Source: Hemiscyllium ocellatum
Taxonomy: Eukaryota
Assembly (NCBI RefSeq): GCF_020745735.1
Contig: NC_083421.1
Coordinates: 40,415,001 to 40,479,000 of the forward strand
Reading direction: 5' to 3'
DNA: 64,000 bases
Each line of letters opens with the position of its first letter. The first letter of the stretch is position 1. Both the position numbers and the translations under genes were made by a program. A model generated the notes under the pieces. That model worked only from the letters and a program-made list of their open reading frames with translations, had not been told where the DNA came from and ran no database searches. Below are positions 1 through 12,910 of the stretch, piece by piece.

Positions 1-524
1 AATTGAGCAACACGAGTTCTGTGTAAATAGGAATAGTCATCCAGTAAGGGATTGTCAACATAAGGAAACAGAAAAGAAAAACTAGTTAAATGGGAAAGAC
101 GAGTAAAAGCTGCCTCTGATCTCCTAACAAATCGTAAATGAGCATTATTAAAGAACTTTGAACCCACAAAAAGGTTGAAATAGCGTATGATTGATTTAAT
201 TTTGATCGCTTTCAATTGTCAAGTATCTGCATGGGACTAAGCAGCAGTTCTGATCCACAAGGTTTGTGAAAGAGAAATTCCTCAATGAAAGCAACTATTG
301 CTGGATTAAGTTAAAAATCACCAGGTTATAGTCCAACAAGTTTAATTGGAAGCACACTAACTTTCGGAGTGACGCTCCTTCATCAGGTGATAGTGGAGGG
401 CTCAATCGTAACACAGAATTTATAGCAAAAATTTGCAGTGATGTAACTGAAATTATACTTTGAAAAATTGGTTGTCTATTAAGCCTTTCATCTGTTAGAA
501 TACAGTGATAGTTTCACTTCTTTG

Positions 525-791
525 TGGGCGGCACAGTGGCACAGTGGTGTTGCCTCACAGCGCCAGAGACCCGGGTTCAATTCCCGCCTCAGACAACTGT
601 CTGTGTGGAGCTTGTACATTCTCCCCGTGTCTGCATGGGTTTCCTCTGGGTGCTCCGGTTTCCTCCCATAATCCAAAAAAAATGTGCAGGTTAGGTGAAT
701 TGGCCATGCTAAATTGCCTGTAGCGTTAGGTGAAGGGATAATGTAGGGAAATGGGTCTGGGTGGGTTATGCTTTGGCAGGTCGGTGTGGAC
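525..791 (+). mobile_element. HE1-type tRNA-derived SINE inserted in the Penelope-like element
   Basis: GGGCGGCACAGTGGCACAGTGG A-box head and GGTTCAATTCC B-box; body matches other copies in the window. Confidence 0.85.
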
Positions 792-1128
792 AGGAGGGTT
801 CCCTCCCAGTTGGGGAACACTTCAGTGGTCCAGGACATTCAGCCTCGGACCTTCGGGTGACCATCCTCCAAGGTGGACTTCGGAACAGGCAGCAGAGGAA
901 AGTGCCGAGCAGAGGTTGATAGCTAAGTGTGGTACCCATAGGGAGGGCCTCAACCGGGACCTTGGGTTCATGTCACATTACAGGTGATCACCATTGCACT
1001 ACACACACACGGACACAGGTACACACAGACACCCACACGCACCCTTATAGACACACATACTCCCACACTCCCACGCACCCCCTCACAGACTTAAGACACT
1101 CTGCACTCACTACACACACACATGCGTG

Positions 1129-1132
<4 letters not shown>

Positions 1133-1161
<29 letters not shown>
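1133..1161. repeat. (CA)n microsatellite within a CA-rich tract (~1000-1220)
   Basis: Directly visible perfect CA run. Confidence 0.95.
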
Positions 1162-1163
<2 letters not shown>

Positions 1164-1619
1164 AACCCCCACCCCAGACAGACAGATACACACACAGACA
1201 AAGACCCACATGCACACATATATTTTGAGGGGGGGAATTTGTATTGCAGAGTTACATTGCTCAAAAACTGCATACATTCATGTAGAACTCTGAGCTCAAA
1301 AACTGCATGAATTTATGTAAAACACTGTTATCTCACTATTTAATTAGAATCAATCTAAACATCAGGTCATAGACAGAGAACACAGGGGGTTAACACCTTC
1401 AACATATTGTCTAGCTATCACCATTGTTAACAGCTAACCTGAGAATGCAACTTTTAAAAAAGAGGTTTTGTGATTTACACATTAAAGAAGTGAAACTATC
1501 ACTGTATTCTAACAGATGAAAGGCTGAACAGACAACCAATTTTTTAATGTATAATTTCAGTTACATCACACTACAAATTTTTGCTATAAATTCTGTGTTA
1601 CAATCGAGCCCTCCACTGT

Positions 1620-1654
1620 CACCTGATGAAGGAGAGTCGCTCCGAAAGCTAGTG
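1620..1654 (+). ncRNA. Minimal type I hammerhead ribozyme motif (Penelope pLTR)
   Basis: CAC-CTGATGA-AGGAGAGTCGCTCC-GAAA-GCTA-GTG; an antisense copy lies at ~355-389. Confidence 0.7.
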
Positions 1655-2389
1655 TGCTTCCAATTAAACCTGTTGGACTATAACCTGGTGTTGTGTGATT
1701 TTTAACTTTGTACACCCCAGTCCAACACCGGCATCTCCAAATTATGACTGCTGGATTAGACACTGTAGGGCTACAAGCATCACATAGCCAAGGGAAAAAG
1801 CAACCAACTGCTTAACATGAAAACTTCATTGATATAGAAGAGATCAAAGTGATAAGAGATCAGCAACATAACCAGAAACTTTTAAGTTTGAAATTCAGAA
1901 AAAAAATTGTTAGATATTACCAATCATAGTGAACAAATAAATCTCCTTGCCAGTAAATGTAAGGCTTCAGAGGGATCATGATCAATGCTTGCTCAGAGGC
2001 AAATAGATTTGTTTTGGATGAAGTCTGGCTGGAACAGCTGCATGTCATTTTCATCTGAGGACTTGCCCAAATAATGGCTAATGTATTTACCACAACTTTA
2101 GCTGAAGTTTTAATTATTGCCTGAAAAAATATTTAATACCTTTCATAATAAATGTTTAAATAACTAAAATATGAAGTGAAAAGGCATCAAGATTAACGAT
2201 GAGAAGATAAATTGACCTCAATCTTAAGTTTAATGGTGCACTAGTATCCATAGCCAAGCTCTAATCAATATTTGAATCCAGTTTAATTCCTCATTCTTTG
2301 TTCAGTAAGATAATTTAGTCCATTCCTCTTTCATCATGTGGCGTGAATTGAATTGCCTAAGGTGGGGTGGTGGGGTGGGGAGGAGGTGG

Positions 2390-3370
2390 TGAATGCATTC
2401 TCCTTTCAGCATTCTGGTTAAAGATAATTGGAAATACTTCAGTTTTTCTCACAATGAGGAGGATGGTGATATTTGTGGAAACCTTACCTCCTGTTAGTTG
2501 TTCCTTGCCAGTCACAACTGGATTTGGAAAGACTATAGAGCTTTGAACTGCTCCATTGTTTGCAGGATCACTCAACGCTGTCAAATGCTGCCTCTGCTAA
2601 TTGGCAGTAAATAGTCCTTTCTTGTAACTTCATCAGGAATGACAGCTCATTTTTAAGTTTGCTTGGTGATGCTCCTGGCATGCCCTCCTGCATTCTTCAT
2701 TGAACCAGGGTTGATCATCTTACTTAATGGGCCAAAAGGATATAGGTTGTGATTGAATATAATTCTGCTCCTGATGGCCCACAGCACCTCAATTAGATGT
2801 CCAGTTTTAGCTACTATATCTTCTGGATTCATCCCATTTAGCACTTGGTAATGCTGCACAACACAAGGGTATTTTTGGTGTGAAGACAGACTTAGTCTCC
2901 ATAAGGACTGTGGTAGTTATTCCCACCAATATACTGTCTTGGACAGATGAATCTGCAAAAGGTTAACTGGTGAGGACAAGGTCCAGTAAGTTTCTTTTCC
3001 CTCTTGTTATCTCGCTTTACCACCTGTCACAAGGTCCATTCTGGCAGATTTACCCTTGGACAGTTCAATTAGTTGTATTGCTACTGTGCCATTGTATGTC
3101 ATGACCATCGCAGTCTCCCACTCTAGAGTACATTCTATGTTCTTTCCACCTTCTGCTTCCTCTAGGTGGTATACAACATGAGGAACACTGATTTAAGGAG
3201 AACAGTAAATGGTAATCGATAGATTTCCTTGCCCATGTTCGAGTTAATGTCAAGAATGTTCGTGGGGTCCAAAGTCAATGCTGAAGACTGCCAACGCGAT
3301 TTCCTTCTGACTATACTACTATGTTGCCATCTTTGAAAGGTTTGTCCTGGCAGTGAGGTAAGACATATCC
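2390..3370 (-). mobile_element. Decayed LINE fragment (CR1/L2-clade like)
   Basis: Degenerate endonuclease-region-like sequence with no intact ORF; recognised by resemblance only. Confidence 0.45.
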
Positions 3371-3507
3371 CAGTGTAGGGAAATAAAATTAAATGCATTT
3401 AAAGTACTCATAACAATAGCACACTGTTGGTAGTTATCCAAATGAACAATGCTTTTATTTTTACAAAGCAAAACCTTATTACTGATGGCAAATTTAAGTT
3501 TTCTTAC

Positions 3508-3597
3508 TTGGGGAGTGGTACTTTTTGATGTGAGTCTGCAGTGCAGAAGCTGTCTCTGTGTTTCTGTTACAAATTCGACAAATAAAGTTCTTCAAAT
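3508..3597 (-). CDS. Zinc-finger gene exon (90 nt, phase 1-1), C2H2 finger 7: (D)LKNFICRICNRNTETASALQTHIKKYHSP
   Basis: Acceptor ctttaattttcag, donor CAA|gtaaga; C-x2-C-x12-H-x4-H. Confidence 0.88.
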
Positions 3598-5434
3598 CTG
3601 AAAATTAAAGAAATCTGACATTAAAATACTCTAAATTCTCTCCTCAGTTGCTGCTAGCTTTTCCAACAATTTCTGGTTTTATTTCAGATTTCCAGCTTCT
3701 GCAGTTTTCATTTTTTTTAAACTGTTCTTATCATAGTTCATGCCTTTGAAGGACATGCAAAATTAAACAATTAGTTGAGAGCCTAGACTATGTTAAAACC
3801 AGCTTTCTGATTGCACTCTAGTCTGAAGGCCATTTTTGTTTTGACCAATTGTATACTTTGCAGTATACTGTGGAAGCAGTTAAGAGATCCTGAATATATT
3901 GTACGGTCAATCACCTGAATAATCTGAAAGTGGTAATTATTACCTCATGTTGACTTTCTTTTTTGGCTCCTATATGCACTTTGCATGTCTTCTGTCAAAG
4001 ACTAGAAATATATTCTAGCACAACTGTGCCTCAGGTTTAGCCCCATAAGTTCCAGAATTATTTGTATGTCTTGCTTTCTGCCTTGTTCTCATCACAATCA
4101 GGTGCTGTCTGCAATGGGGCAGGTTCAGTACTTGGGTAATACTATACTATCAACTGATGGAAGCCTGGCATGGACTGGACTAGATGTGCAGGCAGTGCTA
4201 TTGAGACCAATGATGCCAATTCTCCAGAACAACCAGCTGTTGTTGTTGTGAATTTTGGAAACCTGGATTGTTTGCTTAGATTGTTTGCTCAGATATTTCT
4301 ATACTGAATGTAACAGCTTGTTTAACTTCATAAAAATGCAATGATTTCTGTAGGTGTTTTTAAATTAATTATCCATGCTATTTCTGAGGTTTACAAATAG
4401 CCGTCAAACAGATTTTAGAAAACATCTTACAAGTTATTCATTAGCTGTAACTGGAACTGTGCAAAATTGCCTTTTGGACATATCATAATGCAATCTGGGG
4501 CATTCCAATTTGTGCCTTGTACCTAGCATTTTATCAGGACACCAAAATGCTGTTTGCAACTTAAATGATTAGTTTAGTTTTGTGACTGCGAGGGACCTGG
4601 TGTTTTTAAAAAAAAATGCAGTATTGCTAACAAAACTGTCTGTATTTGAAAATGTACTTCCTGTGAACCCCTCTGAGCTATCCTGAGAACTCAAAGGTAT
4701 TCTATGATGCAAATCTGTTTTACCTTTAACTTGAGTTATGACAGTGCTGGCTGTTAATATTTTTTAGTAATCATGTCGAAAGGATTGTGAAAAATCAGTC
4801 CATTTACAATACTGAGGAGATACCTTTTTTTTTTAAAATAGAGAAGGGTCACTGAATAGAGACTTTTGAAAAACAAAGTCACAGTTGAACTTAGATATGA
4901 GACTTCCAGCAAAAGAGTTTAAGGCTGTCAGGAGTAGTGACTGATTTGTTCTGGAATTCTGTTCACTGTAGCACGTGAAGAGACCTCCAATTCAGCATTT
5001 TGCATCTCTCTGATAAATTTCTCTGGAGGACCCAAAGATAGACCTGAAAATTTGAAACACCACCTCTCCAAGTCTTCTGAAGATTTCCTCTTGACAACTT
5101 CTAAATGGACTGTTTCTGAAGAGAATTCAGTGACAAGTGAATGTGTCGAGTGACATACATCCATGTATGCAAGGACACCAGACTGAAAGTCATCTGGATC
5201 ATTTCATATCTTATCATTTTATTCTTTCGCAACTAACAAGTCAAAGTTTTTTTCCAAAATTAAATTCTGCGGAGGAAGTTTCTTTATTTTTACTTTAATG
5301 GATGTGTTTGTGTTGGGTTATTTGTAGGGGTAACTTTTTAACTTTTCACACAGCATTTAAAATTGAATATGGATAATATAAATCATTGACCATATTTGTG
5401 ACACAGTGGAACATTTAATCAAAAGCAAAGTACT

Positions 5435-8400
5435 GGATTCAAGATGGCGGTGATCTGAATAGATCAGCCTTGCTGAACTCTACACCCCAACCCAAGGTAG
5501 TAATAGGTTTCACCCCTACCTTTGTTTTATCATTTAACAATAATTCTTTCCAAACAAAAAACCTATTGTTTAAACCCTTTTTTGAGCATGCGGGAATCAC
5601 TAAGAGGAAGCAAACAGCCAATTTTCGATACTGGGGACACTCAAACAGCGGACAGGCCCGAGACTGCAATTGGGGAAGCAGTTGCAGCTCCCACAGCAGC
5701 TTTGAAAGAATTGTTTGTGCAGCAGAACATCATGGAGGAACTCAGTTATCCAACAGCTGATCCAGAAGATGAGGGAAGAGATTCGTAATCAATTGGAGCC
5801 CATCTCAAATATGCTGCAAAAGAATGAGAAGGAGTTGGAAGGGCTCGGGAAGAGAGTTAAAGAGGTTGAGTGGCAGACTGCGGCATCGGAGACAGAGGTC
5901 GAGTCTTCAGCAGGGCAGATCCATGCCCTTGAGAAACAGGTTCAAGCCCTGCCTAAGTAAGTTGACCTGGAAAATAGAGGCAGAAGGAAAGATATCCGGG
6001 TCATTGGCCTGTTGGAGGGAATAGAAGGTGGACAGCCAGCAAGTTTATTTTTGAAGACCAGTTGACACAATTTGTTGGCTGGGATGCTGAGGCAGACTGG
6101 GTGAAGGTTGATAGAGCACACCGGGTTGCGGTGCGCAGATCTGGTCAGGGTCAGCACCTCCACCCAGTTATGATACAATGCTACAGGGGCAAGCAGAGAA
6201 TCATGGAAACTTCAAGATGATTGGGGAGAGATCCGCCAAGTAAATACTTGGTATATTTGGTAAGGAAGAAGAATGCCTCCCAGACTATTGCTTCTATTAG
6301 GGAAGGGAATGGGACTCTTACTTACGATGCTAAAAACATCAATGAGGCGTTTCGGAGGTTTTACTCTGAACTTTACCAGTCTGAATGCTGTGAGGACAGA
6401 TGGGATAAGATGGAGTCTTTTTTTTCGGAATTTGGATCTTCCTGTGTGTCTGCTGATCAGGCGTCTCTCCTTAACAGCCCAAGAGATATAAGAGGCAGTG
6501 AGGCAACTTCAAAAGTGGAAAGGCACCCAGCCCTGATGGCTTGCTCAGTGACTTTTATAAAGAATTTGTAAACGTACTGTCAGGATCGATGCTAGACATG
6601 TATAACTATTCATATAGTTGGGAATGCCTCCCATCATCCTTGAGGAGGGCTAACATCTCTCTTATCCTCAAGAAAGGGAAGACCCTGCTTCTGCTTCTTA
6701 CAGACCCATCTTACTTTTAAACTCCTGATTTTAAAATTTTGTCTGACTTTGTCATTGAGGTTGGAAAGGGTTTGCCCTCTACTGGTAGGGAGGATCAGAT
6801 GGGCTTTGTAAAGAGTCACAGTTCTTCTAATAATGTAAGGAGACTGATAACATGATTGCAGTGTGCCAGCAATGGTCAGTTCAAGTGTTGGTAGTTTCTT
6901 TGGATGGAAAGAAGGCATTTGACTGGGTGGAATAGCCATATCTTTCTTATACCCTAGAGCAGTTTCGCCTGGGTGAAGTGTTTACTAGATGGATAAGGGT
7001 CCTTTACAGTGTTCCTCTGGTGGCAGTTCTCATTAATGGTATAAGGTCTGATAATTTTAACATTGGTAAGGGTAGTGAGCAAGGCTGTCCCCTCTCACCT
7101 TTGCTCTTCATTTTGATGATTGAACCTCTGGCAAAGGCCACTCGTGGGGACCCTAATATAGCTGCCCCAAAGGTCGGGTCAAAGTTGCGTAAGATCATTA
7201 TACCCGGAGTTTCGGTGCCCCAGTTGATACAATGTATTAATTCATTTGGCTTTTTCTCACGTTACCAGATCAATGTTTCAAAATTGGAGGCTATGCCTAT
7301 GGAGGGTCTAAGGGGAATACTGGACGTTGAAGGTAGGTTCCACTTTAAGTGGGCACAAGGAAGCTTTCTTTATTTAGCCTCTGTTACTCCTAGTTTTGAT
7401 CAGTTGTTCAAGGCTAATTTTGTTCATTTGTTTGACAAGATTAAACAAGATCTTCAAAGATGGGGGAAGGGCCCTTCCAATATCATGGCTAGGTCAAGTT
7501 GCTCTTATTAAAATGTTCTTCCTCACTTATTATACCCTTTGCAGATGCTTCCTTTGCTTTTTCCTAGACAAATGTTTCAGAAATTAAATGGTTGGTTTAT
7601 TTCTTGATAAGCAGCCTCTTATCAAGCTAACAAAATTGCAAATGCCCCAGGGGTTGAGAGGAATGGATCTCCCGAATGTCAGAAGATATCAGTTGAGGTC
7701 CCTTTTATGTTGTGAGTGTAACTGGGCCTATGAGGATTCAGCATTGATATGGTGGGACATTGAGGCCTCCCAGGCTTAGTGTCCTCTTATTAACTTGTTG
7801 TTTCTGGACAAAATGAGGACAGTTGCGGAACATTACCACAATCCAGTAGTTATTAACACTGTCAAAGCGTGGAGGACAATGTGACAGATGGAGGATAATA
7901 TGTCTAACACATCTTTCCATTCTCCCATAGTTGGTATGTCAGGTTTCCGGCCAGGGACAATGGATCCTGAGTTTAAGTCCTAGGTGGATAGGAGAGTCTC
8001 TTGTTTGGCTGACCTGTTTGAAGATGAAACGTTAATGTATTTTGCTCAAATAACTCAAGTATGGAGTTTTGAGCAGGAACCTCTTCCGTTCTTTTCGGAT
8101 CAAAGATTCTTTTCTGAAAACTGACTACACGTCTGACTGAGTGTTATTAATCTGATACAAAAAGAGGGTGCTTCAGGCTAAGAGCACTACTTCAGTGAGT
8201 ACTCTCGATCATTTGTTAGGGGGAGGTTCCTCGGGTGACATTGAGCGACTACGGGAGGTCTGGGAGAGAGATTTCGGGGTGGAGCTCAATCTGGAAACTT
8301 TGGAGGACATTTATGAGAGTGCGAGGAAGATTTTGATATGTAATAGGACCCTGCTATGCAGTTAAAGATTCTTCATAGGGCTCACCTGGCCCCAGATTGT

Positions 8401-9124
8401 CTTGCAAAATTTAAGCAGGGTGCATCTTCAATGTGTCCCAAATGTAAAATAAATACGGGTACCCTCACTCATTGTTTGTGGTCCTGCCACAGGCTCTGTA
8501 CATACTGGAGCGCAGTGGCAGGAGTCATAGAGAAGGCTTGTGGACCTAAGTCAAGGTGGATCCTGTTTCTCTTCTCCTGGGTTTGCTGAAATTATCTCCC
8601 TTAGAAGATAAGGGAGAAAACATTTTTAGCATCCTCACCTTTTGTATGAGGAAGAACATTCTGATACACCCGGGGGTTCTCAGACACCCGCATGTCGGGT
8701 CAGCAGAAATTAATTATGGAACACATTCCTTTGGATGTTCTTACAAACATGGTGCACCAGAAAATGGACAATTTTTATAAGGCATGGCAGCCCTTTTAAA
8801 ATTATTTGGAAGCAGATCTGTCTGCCATTTTAATTAGGACTTTTGTCTAGCCATGGTGGTTTGGTTTAATAAGCTTAATGTCCTGAGAGGATGAATTTCA
8901 AGCAAACATGGGTTTAATAATTGATGCTCTTGAAGATTGAGAGCCGAGGTCTTTTATGCTGTGCGTGTTATTTATTTACTTATTTATTTATTGATGAGTA
9001 ATGAGTGCCATTGTGAGTTCTTTTGTAGAGTAGTATAGTAGTTGGTTTAGTGTCGTTATAATGTTATATTTTCATATTTTTGTAATTTTATAATGTTGTG
9101 AAGAAAAATAAAAATATTTTTTTA
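5435..9124 (+). mobile_element. L1-clade LINE, internally deleted and decayed, both ends present
   Basis: 14-bp TSD AAAAGCAAAGTACT (5421-5434, 9125-9138). 5' CAAGATGGCGG. ORF1 remnant (DLENRGRRKDIRVIGLLEGIEG), RT remnant (QGCPLSPLLFILMIEPLA), C-terminal CPKC..GTLTHCLWSC, A-rich 3' end. Confidence 0.9.
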
Positions 9125-9810
9125 AAAAGCAAAGTACTACAGATAATAGAAAAATTCAACAGATCTTGCTTCATATGTAAAGGCAGAAACAAAATTAATA
9201 TTTTGTATTCATTACAGTTCTTATTCAGAACAGAAACATTGAAACATTATGATCAGTGGAATAGTGGGACAGGAGAAATACAATACACTCCTCCAACCTC
9301 TGTTGTAACACGTGGTTCATTTAATTTTGGATGTGGGTGTGCAAACAGCCCTGCTCAAGTTCTTACACTTCATCTGCATTAGCCTCAAACAGTAACCAGC
9401 ATTTTGATGTCTATCCCCTTTCCCTGTGAAACCATACATTCCTAGGATTCCAGCACACCTTTCAAACATCATAGACATTGTTTCCTAACTTTTTAAACCG
9501 AATAGCAAGGAACAAGTACTATTCTGAAACTCTACCAGGATTATTGAAATAAATCTGTATACAACAGCAGATTATGCTCTCCATGTTTCATGTTCGTTCC
9601 ATCCAGGGCAGATAAATGCTGTTATGAATCATAAGATGATATTAGTGAATATTCTGGATGAATAGAGCAGGTAGACTTAATGGTCTTCCTTATTTGTAAT
9701 TATCTAAAGATCCAGGAACAATTTCTAACCTCTATTAACGAATTCTGATCTAAAGATTTTTTTAAAACTCTGAAGCAGCAAGTCCTAGCGTATCATTGAT
9801 GAAGATCTAC

Positions 9811-9984
9811 CTGTATGCCTAATAATGATGTGCTTTTGAGCATCAATAGGTCGATTGAAACCTTTTTCACAGTGTGGACACTTGAACTTAAAGGCCTGAA
9901 GATGTATTGACTTGAAGTGAATGTCCAAATCCTTTGACTTGAAAAAGCCTGATCCACACAGTAGGCAGAAATGTTTCTTTTTCC
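9811..9984 (-). CDS. Zinc-finger gene exon (174 nt, phase 1-1), C2H2 fingers 5-6: GKKKHFCLLCGSGFFKSKDLDIHFKSIHLQAFKFKCPHCEKGFNRPIDAQKHIIIRHT
   Basis: Acceptor ttttaacttgcag, donor CAG|gtagat; two C-x2-C-x12-H-x4-H motifs. Confidence 0.93.
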
Positions 9985-10237
9985 CTGCAAGTTAAAATGT
10001 ATTTCTTAAATTCATACACATTCATAAGCTGTAAACTTGAAGGTTAAAACATTTTATTATTATTATATAACCACATTAGTTCCTTGACTAATGCTGTGTG
10101 TGTCTTGGAAACAAGAAAACTAAAGTTTAGTCTAATATAATTTCAGGAGACATAAAAAGTTGATATCAGCTTGACTAAATGTAATAAGTCACTGGATGTA
10201 TGGTTCATGTAAATTATGAATTACTACTAGAATAAAA

Positions 10238-10690
10238 AAGTCACAGAGCTCTACAGTACAGAAGAAAGGTTCATCACATCTGCACCAGTCAAAAACAACT
10301 AGCTAATATTCTAATCCCACTTTCCACCATTTGGTCCATAGCCTTGTATGCCTTGGCTTCACAAGTGTTATGAGTGTTTCTGCCTCTATTCCCCCTTAAA
10401 GGCATAACGTTTTAGAATCCCACCATCCCTCTGGATGAAAAAGTTTTTCCTCACATCTCCTCTAAACCTTCTGCCTTAAATCTCTAAACCTCACATCTCT
10501 GCTAAACCTTAAATCTATGCACCCCGCCTTCCCCACTCCCTGTCACTGATTCCTCCACCTGTGTACCCTATCTATACCCCTCATCATTGTACACATCTCA
10601 AATCATGGTTCCTCTCAAACTTCTTTGCTCTAAGGAAAACAACCCCAGTCAATCCAATCCCTCTCCATAACTGAAACGCTCCAGCCCAGA
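10238..10690 (-). mobile_element. CR1 LINE 3' fragment
   Basis: Resembles the 3' ends of the CR1 copies at 38313 and 48331. Confidence 0.65.
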
Positions 10691-11193
10691 GGTCCCATTT
10701 TTTACTTTCCTGTCTTTGCTCCGTTTGGTTCATGTTCAACATGCCTTTCTATGGTTGAGGTGTGGCCAGGTGGCCCACTTGCACACCTCCCAGTGCTGAC
10801 TTTCTTTCAGCTGGTAAGTAAACAATGGCAGCATTGATCTCATTGACTTTTCCTACTCACTTCTAAGAAATTTTAATTCAGCGTTGTGAGGCCTCTGACA
10901 AAAACCCAATCCAGTGTTGGGAGTCAATAGTGATAAAACACAGGAGAAAGTTTCAACCATCAACATGGGAGACATCAGATCTCTTTGTTAATCCTGAGAA
11001 ACCCAGAATCTGTTGAACATATTTTGGGAAGTAATCACAAGAATTCACACTTGCTAAGCTTTCTTTACAGGGTTAGTTTTATTAAAGAAACTAAATGCTG
11101 TAAGTGTTTGTAAATAGTGAATTTGCCATTCATCACATCAGCCAAAAATTAATTTAATATCTTAAAAGTTGAAAGATTTGAAGTAAAATGTAC

Positions 11194-11271
11194 CTCCATG
11201 CATAAGCCTGTGTTTCCAAAGAGTAGAATAATACAAGTACTTGTTCCCACAAAGGCTGCATCTGTGCACTC
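11194..11271 (-). CDS. Zinc-finger gene exon (78 nt, phase 1-1), C2H2 finger 4: VHRCSLCGNKYLYYSTLWKHRLMHG
   Basis: Acceptor atgttttcag, donor GAG|gtacat; C-x2-C-x12-H-x3-H. Confidence 0.9.
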
Positions 11272-11499
11272 CTGAAAACATAAACATGACAGCAAGAGAC
11301 CATTAGGCTATAGATTCTAAAACAAACATGAAAATACATTCTTGCTGCATCACTCATGTTTGTAAAAATAACATTAAAACAATGCCTTCTTAGAAAATTC
11401 AGATTTTAAAATCCCAGTTTTAAATGACATGCAGTCTCCTCAGAAAGGTTTGCGACTCAAACTATGAGGCAGAATAGACATTTGGAGTGAATTGCTTAC

Positions 11500-12910
11500 T
11501 CCCTTGAAATTTGCAAATATTGAAGGCCAACTTAGATCATTATTGAGGGTGTACATGGAAGTGCCGAACTGACTAAGATATTCTGCAGGTACAATGAACA
11601 GAAAGCGGATAATCAGGCTAAGAGTAGGGCCCATTAGAGATCAAGGGGACAATCTGTGTGGTGCCACAGGTCACTGGTAGGATGTTAAATCAAGCCTGTC
11701 TTCATTTTGGGGGAAGGAGGGTGTAGGTACCAAATTCTGGAAGAGGAACTATGAGGTTCTTGAGAGTTTGACGTAGGAAAGGAGTGAAGAGGTCATGGAG
11801 GCCTGAGCGATCTTAAAAGTAGACAAATTTCTGGGTCTGAATGAGTTGTATCCCGGAGTGCTGTAGGAGACCAGGGAAGAAATTAGAGGGGCTCTGGCCA
11901 CAGCAGAGGTACCAGAGGACTGCAGCTTAATGAATGTGATTCTGCATTTCAAGAAGAGTGATAGAGATAGACCAGGGAATTAGAGAATTGATAGTCTCAT
12001 ATCCATGGTAGGGAAACTTTTGGAGAAAATTCTGATAAGCTTGGGTTTTTTATCCTTCACAGCAGAGAAAGGCAAGAGGGGACCTGATTAGATGTGTAAG
12101 ATTATGACAGGTGGAAAGAAAACAGCTATTCCCCTTAGCTGAAAAATCAATAAGCGACAGCATAATTTTTAAGGTGAAAGGTAAAAGATTTAGATGTTAT
12201 TGTCATGTGTAGTCGGGTACAGGAGTACAGTGAAAAATGTACAAAGTTGCGATTCTCCAGTGCCATCTTAGTATACAAAAGACAAGATTTTTAAAAATAG
12301 CCAAAAGATCACTTCCTGCCTCCACATGAGTCCTCACCACCAGAAAAAGAAAGCCACAAAGTCTATTCCTCAGTCTGTGAACATTCAGGTGCCCCTAGTC
12401 TCCACACGACACACAACTGGTACACCATCACCTCCGCCATCAGGTAGTTGGGCCCTAGCCATGGACTGGACCTGTGTTGCCAGTCTTTGGTGCCATCTTG
12501 CCTCACCGACGTCATCAAGCCATGAGGCCACATTGGGCTGATCTTGGCAATGCAGCCACTGCTGAATCAGCTGGGTCCCAAACTTGAAGTTGGGCTCACC
12601 ACACTGAAGATACTAGTGCCTCGTTCAGGCTTACATTGCTATCCCTGTCGCCTCCTGGGACCACTATTTCAGCAAAGGAACCTTCCTCTTAGAGAGGATA
12701 CAAGGAATATTTATTTAACACAGAGGGTACGAGGAATATTTATTTAACACAGAGGGTAGTGGGAATCTGGAAAATTAAAACTTAATTGGACGAGCACTTA
12801 ATATCAAAAGATTCAGGTCTATAAGCCAAGTTTTGAAAAATGGGTGTTGTTTAGTTTTGTTCAATGCAGATTCAATGGGCCTTTTCAATACTGTGAGATT
12901 CTATGAAACA
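11500..12910 (+). mobile_element. Decayed CR1 ORF2/3' fragments interrupted by other repeat sequence (~12190-12680)
   Basis: Degenerate KVDK.LG.NELYP.VL and 3' CR1 motifs. Confidence 0.6.
12703..12758. repeat. 27-bp direct duplication (period 29) inside CR1 fragment
   Basis: AGGAATATTTATTTAACACAGAGGGTA occurs twice. Confidence 0.9.

Larger units (their letters stand above)
309..1748 (+). mobile_element. Truncated Penelope-like retroelement with inverted ends
   Basis: About 215-bp inverted repeats (309-522 vs ~1485-1708). GIY-YIG C-terminal remnant at ~795-987 (LPVGEHFSGPGHSASDLRVTILQGG...EQRLIAKCGTHREGLNRDLGFMSHY). Flanking direct repeat TGCTGGATTA (299-308, 1749-1758). Confidence 0.85.

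Noticed and set aside
488-838. Recurrent ORFs such as DCGRKPEHPEETHADTGR (also 47030, 52501, 53725, 61458)
   Set aside because: These are antisense translations of HE1-type SINEs, not genes.
1991-2054. Possible final exon ENDMQLFQPDFIQNKSICL* (minus strand)
   Set aside because: Poor polypyrimidine tract; cannot be distinguished from chance.
4928-5043. Possible terminal exon GLSLGPPEKFIREMQNAELEVSSRATVNRIPEQISHYS* (minus strand, phase-1 acceptor ttttcag)
   Set aside because: A further finger exon lies downstream at 3508-3597, so this is not the constitutive end. It could only be an alternative last exon, and there is no independent support.
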